A stretch of DNA of 55,060 bases, filler included, from Sphacelaria rigidula (taxonomy: Eukaryota): the NCBI GenBank assembly GCA_964200075.2. It is 5 parts of 5 records of this genome, joined end to end, with 100 filler letters (N's around TTAATTAATTAA, not from the genome) between each part and the next. Parts side by side here need not be neighbours in the genome. Positions count along the whole stretch, not along the records: positions 11,033 to 21,964 come from CAXNAA020005656.1; positions 22,065 to 32,996 come from CAXNAA020005657.1; 3 more parts are not named here. One strand, given 5' to 3'. Below, piece after piece: positions 13,245-25,400 of the stretch; position 1 is the stretch's first letter, and each line of letters starts with the position of its first letter. The notes under the pieces are model-generated. The model was not told the DNA's origin, ran no database searches, and saw only the letters and a list, made by a program, of their open reading frames with translations. The position numbers and the translations under genes were made by a program.

Positions 13245-16200
13245 CGCCAAATGAGCGGCGAATGACATCAAAACCACTAGCTTGGTCAGTCGCACCACGG
13301 CCGGATTCATCGGCAAGCTCTCCTCGTACCGCTCAAAAAAAGTAGACATCTGAAGTCCAGCACACACAACCGCAAGAATCATAAACAGCCATCGACCATC
13401 GCGAGAAGGGAGGGAAGTAAGGAGAGCCACAACGGCAGGGGCGAGGGCGGGGTGCAGGGCGTACTTAGAGTTTTTTTTTTTCTCAGTTAGTGTGCGATCC
13501 CTTCGGTAGGTTCGCGGGCTGTTTCAAGTATCGTCCTTAATTGCTGAAAGTTTCAAACATTCCTGATGGTCAATGCCGTGTATATCAGCATGTACAACTG
13601 TTAAAGAAAAGAAGTGTAAATTGTATGTACGGTAGCACTATACCAGGATGTATAGCAGTATAAGTATGAGTTTCCTTTTTATATTGGTAGCTGCTGCATT
13701 CGCTGCTTGGGTATGTCAATGTGAAGCTGTCGGCCATACAGTGGTCCACTGATTCCTCGCGGATTTTTTATTTCGTCGCCAATTTGCGGCGCATAAAGTG
13801 TCGCCACAGATTAGTGATGCCTGTACTCCAGTACTGCTGCTGCTGCTGCTGCTTTCGCTGCTACTACTATGACAAGAGCTACGACTCCTGTGCTTGTGCG
13901 GCTTGATCTCTTTCATTTTGGCCCCACCAAAGGGGAGATTTGGTCAACACATGTGGGAAAAAATATAGACATGTACGGTAGGTATTATACGGGGTATATC
14001 GCCACGGGAGACGAGAAAGCCAACCGTGAATATTTGTCTCTGTGAGCAATGCCCACCCGCATTACCACATCACAAGGTCCCCGATACCGCGAGAATCACG
14101 ACGAAGTATTTCCAACGGAACAACTTCCGGGCGGCGTGACCGCCACAATTCTATGAGAGAATCGAGCTCAGATTTCTTGTGTCACCCTGCGTGCTATATC
14201 CAGAGACTAGTTCGGTATACATTGGGCGAGATCAACAATACATGCATACTAGATATCGTTTCTGCAGCGAGCAACATAATAAGCAGGCATAACGCCACTG
14301 GGTAAGCCACTCTTTCAAAGTAGACAGACCCGAAGTAATCAACTATTCGGCGAGTGGTTTTTCGAGACTTTGGATACAAAAGTGTATGTGTTCTCATCTA
14401 CATGCGCGCGGAGGGTGGTCAATTTGCATTCTTATCGTATTTTTCCGGTCATGGTGTGCTGGCTGTATACTAAAGCAAAGGGTGTATGTGTCACCGCGTG
14501 TTAGAGCCAAAACGAATGAATTTGATGAGGAATAAATCAAAGCGCCGAGTAGTGTATACTCATGTTTAAAGGGTGCGGCGGCATGGGTAAAGCTGCACGC
14601 ATACCTTCAGTAGTCTGAAGATCTTGAAGAGCCGAATCAGCCGAATCATTCGAATGAGCTTCGTGCTCCTCAACGCCGATGACGCATTGTCCAGCAGCCG
14701 AGACAGCATGATGTCTAGGGGTAGCGTGGAGATCAAGTCCACCAAAAACCAGCTTCGGAGGTAGTTCCTGCCGATCAACCCCCTGTGCACAAGTCAACAT
14801 ACGCGCGTACGCATACACGCTCAGACACACAAACTCATACTTATTTCACTATTTTGATACTGCGAAGAATAAACGCACGTATAAGCTCACCTAAAAAGTG
14901 TTGGGCACGTGAGGTCTCTTCAGAGATCGCGTGTGCAGTGATTGGTCAGGTGCTGCAAATTGCTGCCTTCAGATCAAGAACAATTCATACACAGCAATGC
15001 TATCGTGAGATTCAGATCGTGACCTTTACTCAAATCCTGCGTGGTTTTCTAGATTCTATAGCTGGCGTGAATGACGTACAGACGATGTACCCCGAACCGA
15101 GGTTGAAGGCCTCACTGGTAAAACATTGTGCCGGTCCCAGTTTGTCGGTCCGACGAGATTCGGCGAGGTTACAAAAGCCTCTCGGAAAACGGCCAATTGA
15201 CGTTATCGGTGCCCCTCTTTTTACACCCCTACTATGGGGTATTATATAGAACGAAATAGCTTGGCCGGGTGTAATCTAATTGAAAGAAGAGAGTGAGGGA
15301 CTTAGCCTCTGTTAAGGGCGCTTGAATGAATGGTCCATCCTGCAGATTAAAGCTGCGGGACTCTAGGATCTATGATGCAGGATATGCATGGAAAAGGCTC
15401 ACGATCTGAATCTCATGGATATGCTGTTACTCGTATACACCACACGTCAACCATCCACAGTGACTATCACATGAAAACGCCTGAGAGATCGCACGTCTGC
15501 AGCTACCAGTTGCGTGAGCCAAGCAAAACCCATGCGCGTGTGCTACCACCAGTTATGTCGCTATAAGATGCACATCTCACGTCGTACAAAACACCCAACC
15601 AGGGGCCGTACCACCACAAGCTTGACGTAGTTAATGACAAGACGAGACAGGTATCGTAGCGTACTGGCCATATTTAGAAATTTTAATAAGTCCACTGATA
15701 ATCTGAGAGGCTTGCTTTTTGCAGCGAATGGCGTTAGAGCCGGACTTACAAATGTTTTGTAGAATGAAAATTGAAAGGGACAAAACAGTATGCTAAGCAG
15801 CGATATGATGGGATGAAAAGGTAAGTCTATCTATGCTATGGCCTGAAAAATCTCGCACTATTACTGTCATTTTTCCCGTGCCATCTCCTAATATGTTTTG
15901 AAGTTATTTCGTATTTTCATCACTTACTTCTCCTTTCTTTATCATCTATCACTTATCACTTATCAGCTATCATTTGTCATTCTACCATACACTCTCAAAA
16001 ACCACTTCCGTTTCATTCCTCATTCCTCATTTCTCATCAGAGTGTTGGCGAAAACATATATGAATTTGCCAATTCTGGGCTTCATGAGTATAGCTATAGG
16101 GATGAGCTCATCATCCCTGAACCCAATGTACGACAGCCGATACTGAAAATAATATATGAATATAGGTTGATTATTTAAATCTGAGATTTTGCTACAGAAC

Positions 16201-17095
16201 TCTTTTCAGTGTCATTCGAAGGTGTTGTTTACGGCAACGAAATAATCGACTGGTGGAGACATGGTTTACAAAAAATCGATTTCTCACTTATCATTTCTCA
16301 TTTCTCATTTCTCATTTCTCATTTCTTTCTCCGCTCGTAATACATGATATATGGTGTTGTTATTGTTATTCCTATTGCCATTGCCATTGCCATTGTCATT
16401 GTTGTTGATAGTGTTGTTGATATTGTTACTGTTGTTGTCACTGCTATCCCTGTTGTTTTTGGCACCCTTTGCTTTCATTATCATTGTTTTATCTTACTTT
16501 AGTTTTATCGTAATTCTTATTCGTACTCCTGTTCTTGCTATATTTTTATTGTTGTCATTGCTCCTACTTTTACTGTCGTTGTTATTATTTTTGTCCTTAT
16601 CCTGATCCTGACCCTAATCGTGAGCCTAGTCCTGGTCCTTATCCTTATCCTTACTCCAAGTCATCTTCAATTCCTCCGGAAACTATCTCTGCGCTTGTGT
16701 CTGCTGTTGCTATTATTCTATTTTTTGCTACTAAATCTTTGCCTGTTAACCACGATGTTGCCGTCGTCCCAGTAGGCCGTGTTGAAGGTGGCCACCATGT
16801 CCAAGAAAAATATAACGTCCACACCAATGCCAAAATATTCCCAACTGCAATTGGAGATCCGAAGACAGGATAACAGACCCCGAACATAAAAAGGGGCAGC
16901 ACCGGGAGGGAAGGTTTGTTGTTAATATGTCATCCTCCATTGTCATTCAGAGTGCTGTATATACGCATTTCAGCAATGTCAGGTTCAGAATCGACACGTT
17001 GGAATTGTGAAGACATGATGTTCGATATGAATCACTATTTTGAAAGAAGACCAGAGAGCGTGCGCGAAGATTCAGTTGTCCCTAGCTTGCTCGCA

Positions 17096-17134
<39 letters not shown>

Positions 17135-19039
17135 TATATATGCACGCATCACTGGGGCAACAGAAAATAACCAACAACAAAATCAGGGAACAAGAACTCC
17201 AAAGTATGAGCAAAAACAAAGATAAAACCATTAATAAAACTCAAAACGACGTGCGACTGCTCTGTTTATTCTTGCAATACTCTCCCTTCCTCTGGACAAG
17301 TTCATCATAGTGTCAAGGTATCAAACCATTCCTCCGCCATCCTTGCTTTGTACCTTAATGACATCGAGCTTTCGTTGGATCACGACAACCGGCTCTCCCG
17401 CAGCCCGTCGAGCTCCACCGAGATTTTATTATTACTTCGTACACCCACGTTGTCACGTTTTCGGACGACAAAGGTCGGCAAAGATACGCCACTACTGTCG
17501 AGATGTGAACCCGACAAAATGCCTCAAAACTATGGTAGATTTCAATGTGTGAAGCGTGCCGAGAAAGTCATGATCTCGGGAGTCTTTTACTTGTGGCGTA
17601 CCCTTCCTTGACTCTATTCAAGCCTAGCTGTCATCCTTGAGTTTGATACCATTCTCCAGTATTTGTCTCTCTTTGTGCTGTCTATCTCTCCATCCTTCTG
17701 TCTTTAATGTCCTCGTTTCTTTCAGAATCTCACCTTCCCTCCGCTTGCGCATCAAAGCCCAATCGGAAGGTCACCTCCACCACCGAAAACACGATAAAAA
17801 AGGCCACAAATATATCCCAGAACGCCTGTTTTTCAGGATGCAGCACAGTCAAACGTACACCGTATTTTTGCAGATGGAAAGACTAGGGTGAGACCTTCAA
17901 CGCAGGAAGTGAACTAGGTATACTTTCGATGATCTGATAAGGTGCATGATATGTTCCAGAATGTGGCCCTCGACATGATATCTCTCAAACTTAAGTTTTA
18001 CGTAAATACTCTTGCGGAATTCTACTCACGAATGAGTAATATTGAATCCCTGGGTGAAGTGGTAGTAACAATAAGGTGTACTTTGAACAGAATCAAGGAA
18101 TAGACACGTAAGATATACGTCCAAGGACTTACGTATGGGATGAGAATAAAAAGTGGCACTACTCTTGTTATTTGACACGAGCTCCGCCCACCATCCAAGA
18201 GAGCACGCGAAATATCTGATTGGATGCACGAAAACGTAGTCACCTTATTTGGCTTGCATTTAATTCTTTTCGACAGCTTTTTTTTTCTCTCTATTTTTCG
18301 AAACCAGGAAACATCATACCCTACCGCCATAATTCGAGCCCACAGTATCCTCGTAAGCTATGGTATTAACAAGTTCCACAATGGTTTTCTTTGTCGACGT
18401 GATTTTGCCGGCATGTATTTGATGGAGTTAACCATTTCGATTGCACCCCTCCCCCAAACACACACACGACACATGCGAAACTTAATTTGTTGAGAGGAAA
18501 AAATGCATGTTTCCGGAAACGTCATCATCATGAGATGTATACTGTGACAGGTCCTGCGCTGACAAAAAAAATAAAACGTGTTTCCGACACTTGTTATTGT
18601 TGTTGACATACAAAATTGGACCATCGTGGTGCGGCGTTCAAAATGAGTGACTCACTTCTGTCGTGCGTGTGCATGCATCTACACTCTACCTACATATCAT
18701 ATCACACGAAATATACGCCGCGCAAGATGACGGGAGGAATCCCGGCAGGGAGGTACGCGACATACGCAATAGAAGGTACAAGCATCTATCGAACCGTGCC
18801 GGATTCGAAGAAGCAACACACTGTCATCCTTCAATGCTCCCCGCAGCAGAAGTCGACGACTAGTCGTGGTGTGCTCTACGCTTTCTTTCCTATTTCGAAG
18901 TATATATAAATGTGTGTATATTTACCTTGACCATCCAGTCGGGGTGCATTATGCGCATATGCCTCCACAACCTGTCTGGACCGAGGTCGTTGATTGCAAT
19001 CTGCTGAGTCTGCAGATGCACCTCTCGCTTTGCGGTGTC
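13245..19039 (-). CDS. Partial cyclic-nucleotide-gated / EAG-type cation (K+) channel, S1-S5; exons 19039-18926, 17825-17734, 16844-16743, 14782-14605, 13349-13245
   Basis: Spliced, phase-consistent translation: ..RIMHPDWMVK|AFWDIFVAFFIVFSVVEVTFRLGFDAQAEG|SWEYFGIGVDVIFFLDMVATFNTAYWDDGNIVVNR|GLIGRNYLRSWFLVDLISTLPLD..LIRMIRLIRLFKIFRLLK|MSTFFERYEESLPMNPAVVRLTKLVVLMSFAAHLA. It has HP-WD, FxxD-FNTAY, YLRSWF-DL and an Arg-rich S4. Pore and CNBD exons not found. Confidence 0.9.
16290..16660. repeat. Intronic microsatellite / low-complexity tract ((TTTCTCA)n, TTG/TAT-rich)
   Basis: Visible simple repeats. Confidence 0.8.
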
Positions 19040-19244
19040 CTACATTGCGGCGGACAACAAAATTCACACAGGTTGTCAAGGACAGGAAGCAAGGGGGAGG
19101 GCGGGGGGACAGGGGACAGAGGGCCGGAGATCATAGGTACAGTGCGTGGGTACATAGTTGATAGTACGCTTGAAGTAGCTATGGCATGGCTTGGCATGGT
19201 GCACGTGCTGTGAGTTTGCGTCAAACGAAACTCTTGAATACGAG

Positions 19245-19376
19245 TGGTAGCAGCAGCAGCAGCAGCAGCAGCAATAATAGTGGTAGTAGTAATAGCAGTA
19301 GTGGCAGCATTAGCAACAGCATCAGTAGTAGTAGTGGTGACAGTAGTAGTACTAGTAGTAGTTGTAGTTGTAGTTG
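19245..19376. repeat. (AGC)n/(AGT)n microsatellite
   Basis: Visible trinucleotide repeats. Confidence 0.85.
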
Positions 19377-20106
19377 AGCGTATTGAGTATATATATAGTA
19401 CTCGTATCTCAGGCACAAGCAAGCTGTAGTGTCTTGAATCAGAGGTGGGAAATTGTTGCGATTTTTCGTTATATTATTTGTACTGACCATTTCATATACA
19501 CGTCCACTCTGAGGACGTTGACGGCGGCAATCGGATGCGGAAATGACAATACCACCGCGGCCCCGCCATCAGACTCCGAATATGAGTTTAGTTGTCCCCA
19601 TGCTTACTCGTGTGTCTGTTGGTCGAGTATTTGGGCACATGTTTACATGATGCGCCATGGTACTCTAGTAAGCTTTTCTTGCGTGCGTTAGCTTGAATCG
19701 GTGTGAATGGATATTCGTCGATTTCTATGCTGAATGAGGAGACGATCTTGTTTATCTGTGTCCTCTCCTTCGGAATTTCTCAACCGACTGGCACCTCTGA
19801 GCCTGCAATTGTTGGTGGGCAAATCGTATGCTTCGAAGTGTATATGTGTATGTGTAGACTTCGTAAGTATATCCCCGGTTTTCACGAGGTTCCTGTTCCC
19901 GACGCTGCGGGACTAGAGTTATACTAGGGCGACCAGGGGAGGCGTTTTCTGACAATGGTACACCTGACATATTATTTGTTACACATCCCAGCTCTCCATG
20001 TTATCCGCAGGTTCGGCAACCTCGCTTTGTCTTTCATGGAGCTCGCTGCTCACATGTATGTATGTATGTATGCATATATGTATGTATGTATGTACATATG
20101 ATCCAA

Positions 20107-21321
20107 GACCACTTTCTGTGGGCACAAATCTTTATCTGTATGAAATCAGAGATTTTAGCCTGTCTGCCGGCGACTTCCTCCCACAGATTGAGTTCGGAAC
20201 CCAGTCCGTCGAGCAATGTTTCTCGGCCAGCTGGGAGAAAACCAGACTAATTCTTCGATTCTCTGGACGTTGATTTTGGTAATTCACCTCACTGCTAAAA
20301 TTGAGACACGTCCAAATATCATAGAGGATCCTGGAAAACGGGGTTGAATTTTCAAATGGGGCTGAATCCACCTTCCGAGAATCCACGTTTCCCCCAGAAT
20401 AATAGTGTCGCAAAAACAGCAAAAGTAAGGATTTTGTATGTCTGTTGAAACTTCCCCTAGCTTGCCTTGTCGCGCATTGTTGCTCCGGTGTCTAAAATCA
20501 TATGTTTCTCCTTCCGTACATTCGGAACGGCTCTCACCGGGTGAAAGGAGGAGATCTCGTCGGCTCCCTTCGGGTGTCATCAAAAATTGTTAAGGGGTTT
20601 TGCGAACATCTCTCGAAATGATGAAAGAGGGAAAACTTTCATGAGCAATGAAGTACGGCCGTTGGTGTTTCGGAAAATAAACTTTGTTGCTGGAGACGTT
20701 TTACACGAGTATAAATGAGAAAAGTCACGAGTGAGAATCTCCCTGCCCTTTGCGAATTTCCTAGGGCTCGAAAAAACCTCCAGCATCATGTTCTTCAAAG
20801 ATGAGGAAATCCGATGAAAAGCGGCTTACCTCCCTGGTGACAGCCGTTTTGAATGTACGAAAGGGGATACATATGACACAAGACACCGGAGAAACATTGC
20901 GCGACAAGGCAAGCCAGGGAAGGTTTCAACAGATAAATAAAATCTCCACTTTGGTTGTTTCTTGCAAAACTGTTCCGGGGAGAATGCGAATTTTTGAAGG
21001 GTTGGTTCAGCTCCATTTGACACTTCAACCCCATTTTCCAGGATCCTCTGTTACATGTATGCGAGAGGGACATGTTTGAGCCGCAGATCAGTTTTTTGTG
21101 CACGTACATTCGGGATTGTCTCGACTCGAGCAGAAACGTGACATAACACAAGTCATCGTCCAGAGAATCGGAAAGTTAATCTGGTTTCCTACCAGCTAGC
21201 CGAGAAACATTCCCCGAAGGACTGGGGTCCGAAAACTCAATTCGCGAGACGAGATCGTCTGCAGGCAGACTGACATCCTCAGAGTCGTACAATTGCAAAT
21301 TTGTTCCAATGAAAACTGGTC
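20107..21321. mobile_element. Foldback element of about 1.2 kb (long diverged TIRs, MULE/FB-like)
   Basis: Ends GACCACTTTC / GAAAACTGGTC; arms pair inward, e.g. GCTTGCCTTGTCGCGCATTG (20460) vs CATTGCGCGACAAGGCAAGC (20895). No TSD seen. Confidence 0.75.
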
Positions 21322-22494
21322 TAACTCGTGCATCTTAAAACCGATCGGGGCGTCGTTGTGGGGTCGAAACCCAGTAGGTATGTTTTCTTTGTGAGGAATA
21401 TCTGATATCCGTCGTTTTGAAACATTATGGCGCGAGTAGCAAAAAAACTGGACTTGAGTCGACGGGTGCGGGATTGCTGGACCAACCTGCTATCCCAAAG
21501 TGCCAGGGAGGTACCGGGGGAGAGATCGGTTGATCCCTTGAGACCACGAATTCGTCGCGTAGAAGTGGTGGGATACAACTCAAAGGAATCGACAAGATGG
21601 AGCATGCCCCCGGGAATTAGGGGTAATGTACTTTTTATTTTTAGGATTGTAAATCGGTAGCGATAACGATACAATATGTCGGGAATGCATCTTTGCAGTG
21701 ACATATCAGAGACTGATGTCACACATGTATACAGACCCAGCGCAAGCAGGGCCAAAATAGGAATGTTCCGGAAGGACCAGATTACCGAGGACACTGCAAT
21801 GCCGACGTAACTAGACAACTTTGGGTGATGCCCGGAAGAGCCTAATATAGGACGGTCCAACATCCCCCAAGGTCTAGGTCGCCCCTGGCGCCCACTTCTG
21901 GTCTGACCCACTTCTTGCCTACATATACAAGAGGAAGTCATCGCCAGCCTCGGAGTTCCTTCGGNNNNNNNNNNNNNNNNNNNNNNNNNNNNNNNNNNNN
22001 NNNNNNNNTTAATTAATTAANNNNNNNNNNNNNNNNNNNNNNNNNNNNNNNNNNNNNNNNNNNNATAGTAATCCTGGCGTACTCTCGCATATTTCCATAA
22101 GTCGTGTTTTGGATGAGATAAAGGGCTCCTAAAAATTCTAACCTCGGAAAATATTTATTTACCCCTACCGTAGCATCACTCAAAGGACGCATTTAAACAT
22201 CACTATTACTCCACCACTACCGCTATACTACAATTGAAAGCCACATACCCAGAAAGAATCATCTGCAGTACATCATTTATGTCCTACACGAATGGATCCT
22301 GATAACTAACGAGTACGGTGCCACAACGGGAACCATAATGTCGCTGTTCTTGCCAACCGACCGTAACGACACGCATACCTCGCCAATCTGAAGAGACCGT
22401 GAACATGTGTGACGCAGTGCTTGACGTCAAGCGCTCACTGCACCACACGCGTGATCATACTCAACCCAGGGTTACCTCATTTCAACTCACTGAC

Positions 22495-25400
22495 CTGTCA
22501 GCTGCGTCGTGAAAAACCGACGTGCGGTCGTCAGTCCATCCATCCCCTTGGAATACATATTCGATGGAAAACTCGTTGAGCGCTGCAAAGAACGAACGAC
22601 GCCATGCAGCGGGGTTGACGGTGGTGCCTTGGTGTCTTGGTGATTCGAGCAAGCGTGGACTACATGTGGTGATGAGAAGCGGGATATGTATTCACGGAAT
22701 CAAGAGAAACTAGCCGCATCACGTACCATTGAAGCGATCTCACGAAGACGAGAAATTGCTTTGGGGCCCTGCCGCTGTCTGAAATTTTCATGGCCATACA
22801 GTCGGAACGCTTGTTATATTTTCGGAATACGGCAATTTGGGGTTGACTATAGAATCTTCTTCAAGTCAAGTATTACCCTGTGCACACAGCCTTCCACAAT
22901 AGTTCCCAACTCGAGCGTTGTGACACGCGGGGCTCACATGAGGTGTCCGTCTGGCAGGCCATGCCTCCGAAGCCAGAATCACATTCGCAGAAGTGCCCAC
23001 CGCATGGGTCCTCGGAGCAAACCCCGTTGTTGCCGCATGGGTTCGCATCACAAGCTGCCATGCATACAAAAGCGATCATCCACGACGTTGCTCAGTTAAT
23101 GGCTGAGAAGCACAGCAACGACACAGGGATACCCAACAGAGGAAAACATGCGTAATGACTCTGCCCCTAGAACGCCTCCTCGTTTTATCACGGACGGATA
23201 GACCCGTCGTTTGAAATAAATGATCCTCGCACACTTGCAAACCGTCGTCTAGATGCCCCGAGTGGGAAGGGATAAGACGAATGCAGTGTGGGGGGGGGGA
23301 TATCCAACAATCATGCACGAAATTGGCCGCACACGCAGCCATGCGGCTAGCCTCGAAAATCCTCTAGTGGACTTTCCCAACGTGTCTCAAGATGCGGCTC
23401 GTTTTGAAACTTCCCCCCAGAGGATCTTAGGCAGTCGCAACCTGGAGCTTTCGTTGTTTTACTCTACTGACTGTCGTCTGCAGCGACGTCACCCACCGTA
23501 AGAACATATATGTACCGAATTTCGGAACAGCTATAGAGACGAAACACTCCGATTTTCTAAAATACTCCCTGAGGAACTGTGCCTTCCCCGTCCCCCCGCC
23601 AGATATGAAAGAACGACGACAGAATTCTTGCGAGTGCATGTAACCGTCCTTGGGGAGCAGAGAGTTTATCCTGTATGAAAATCCCCCTTTTCCCACCTGC
23701 AAACCGTTTAATGCGCGTTGCTTTCTAATAAGAACGTTGAACTGTCGATTTCTGTTCGGTTCTGTACTGATCGGCATACGTCAATGCCAGCAAAGTTTGG
23801 TGGTCCTGTGTGCTGTGACAGTATCTTCGCAGGTTTGGCCGGACCCAAAGCGGCCACTTTTCATCAGGTAACAAGAGCCATTTTAATCATGTGGACGCAG
23901 TTCAGAGAATCGAAGTGTTTTGTTTCTTCAGCTGTTTCGAAATTCGGTACATGCATGTTGTTACGGTGGGTGACGTCTCTGCAGACGGGAGTCAGACACT
24001 TTCTACGATAGCCCCCCCCCAAAAAAAAACAGCTAAAAGTGTCACGAGAAAAGGGCCATACAGCGCCTGATGTTTGGTTTCAGGCCGCATGAAGCGCCTC
24101 ATATTGGCGACATTGGCTAGAACGAACCCAAGCGTGGGAATTCCCAGCTTCTNNNNNNNNNNTTGTTGCTTGCCTTAGTCATTTGACCATTGACCACGCA
24201 TCCCTTTCGAGACGGAGCACCGTCCCTACTCCTACTCTTCTGCACTTTTTGTTTGGGAGGGGGCTATCGTAGAAAGTGTCGTCAGTAGAGTAGAGCAACG
24301 AAAGCTCCAGATGGCAGCATTGACGCACCCCTCTGCACCACGCTAGCAACAGTTAGGTCACCACCATAGGTATCTTCTTTCACTCCGCATGTCAAGAAGG
24401 TCTCCACAAGTGTTTGATCTCTCTCACATACACACACCCCAACTGGCCTGTGGCACGCTCTTGTGGTCGGGTGCCTAGATGGTCACATGTCGGGTAAAAT
24501 CGGCGATAAATAACACCCCCCAAGTTCAAATTGGATCTGTTCTTATTGCCGCAGCACCGCCCTTATTCGCATGTGTGTGACAGAGAACAGTAGTAGCGGT
24601 GACGGGAACATTACCCTGTTTTTCAACGACATGTTTTTCAGCGCGCACAGAGGCGGGTCCTGTCCAAAAAGAGAGGCAGAGAGAAATCGATTTTCGCATT
24701 GGTGAGCTCCACAGGCAAGAAGAGATGAAACCTCTTCGCACCTCGATGTTCTTTGGGGGGCTGTGCACAGCAACATAAGAACGTGCCTATTGGCATATGG
24801 AAAATTGGGTACATGCTGGTAACATCGATTATGCCAGTCTCTCGAGCGATTGGTTATCGTCGAGCGAGGACACACAAAGGACACGGGCGAGGAGCTTCCT
24901 CTCTGTCGTTGCTTCTCTCTCTGGTGATATCGTCATCGACACGCGTGTACACCGCATTCAATGGGTGCACCTAGCCACAACTGATTCACTGCTGCAGAGT
25001 TTTGGGGGGGGGGAATGGTTTCGCTCTGTGTAACTGTGTCGCGCCATCCCTGCCAAGAAGATATGCCACTTGAACGTAATTTTTTAAATCGACCCCGTTT
25101 TCCAGGATCCACTGTTTTTGGGAACCAGGCCCCCAAGAAGTGCTGATTTTTGTTTTTGTGAATCGGTATTATTTCCAGTATTTTTCAAGTCAATATGACG
25201 CCAACTCACAAAGATTCACAAAGCAAAAATCAGCACTTCTGTCCCCAAAGGGTTAATGTAGTGCGAACTCCAGAGGTGAATTTATACGCCGAAAACGGTT
25301 ATTTTTCCAATTTTCCCCCGAAGCACCCACAGTAAAACCACCTGCTCAAGAGGATCCTGTGTCCTCTAGCGACTTCGTGTATTGTGCACTCGAGAGGCAA

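Noticed and set aside
16070..16143. Exon-like segment YRLSYIGFRDDELIPIAILMKP
   Set aside because: The flanking channel exons join in frame without it and there is no GT donor.
21321..21941. 206-aa ORF
   Set aside because: No recognisable motif in any frame I read.
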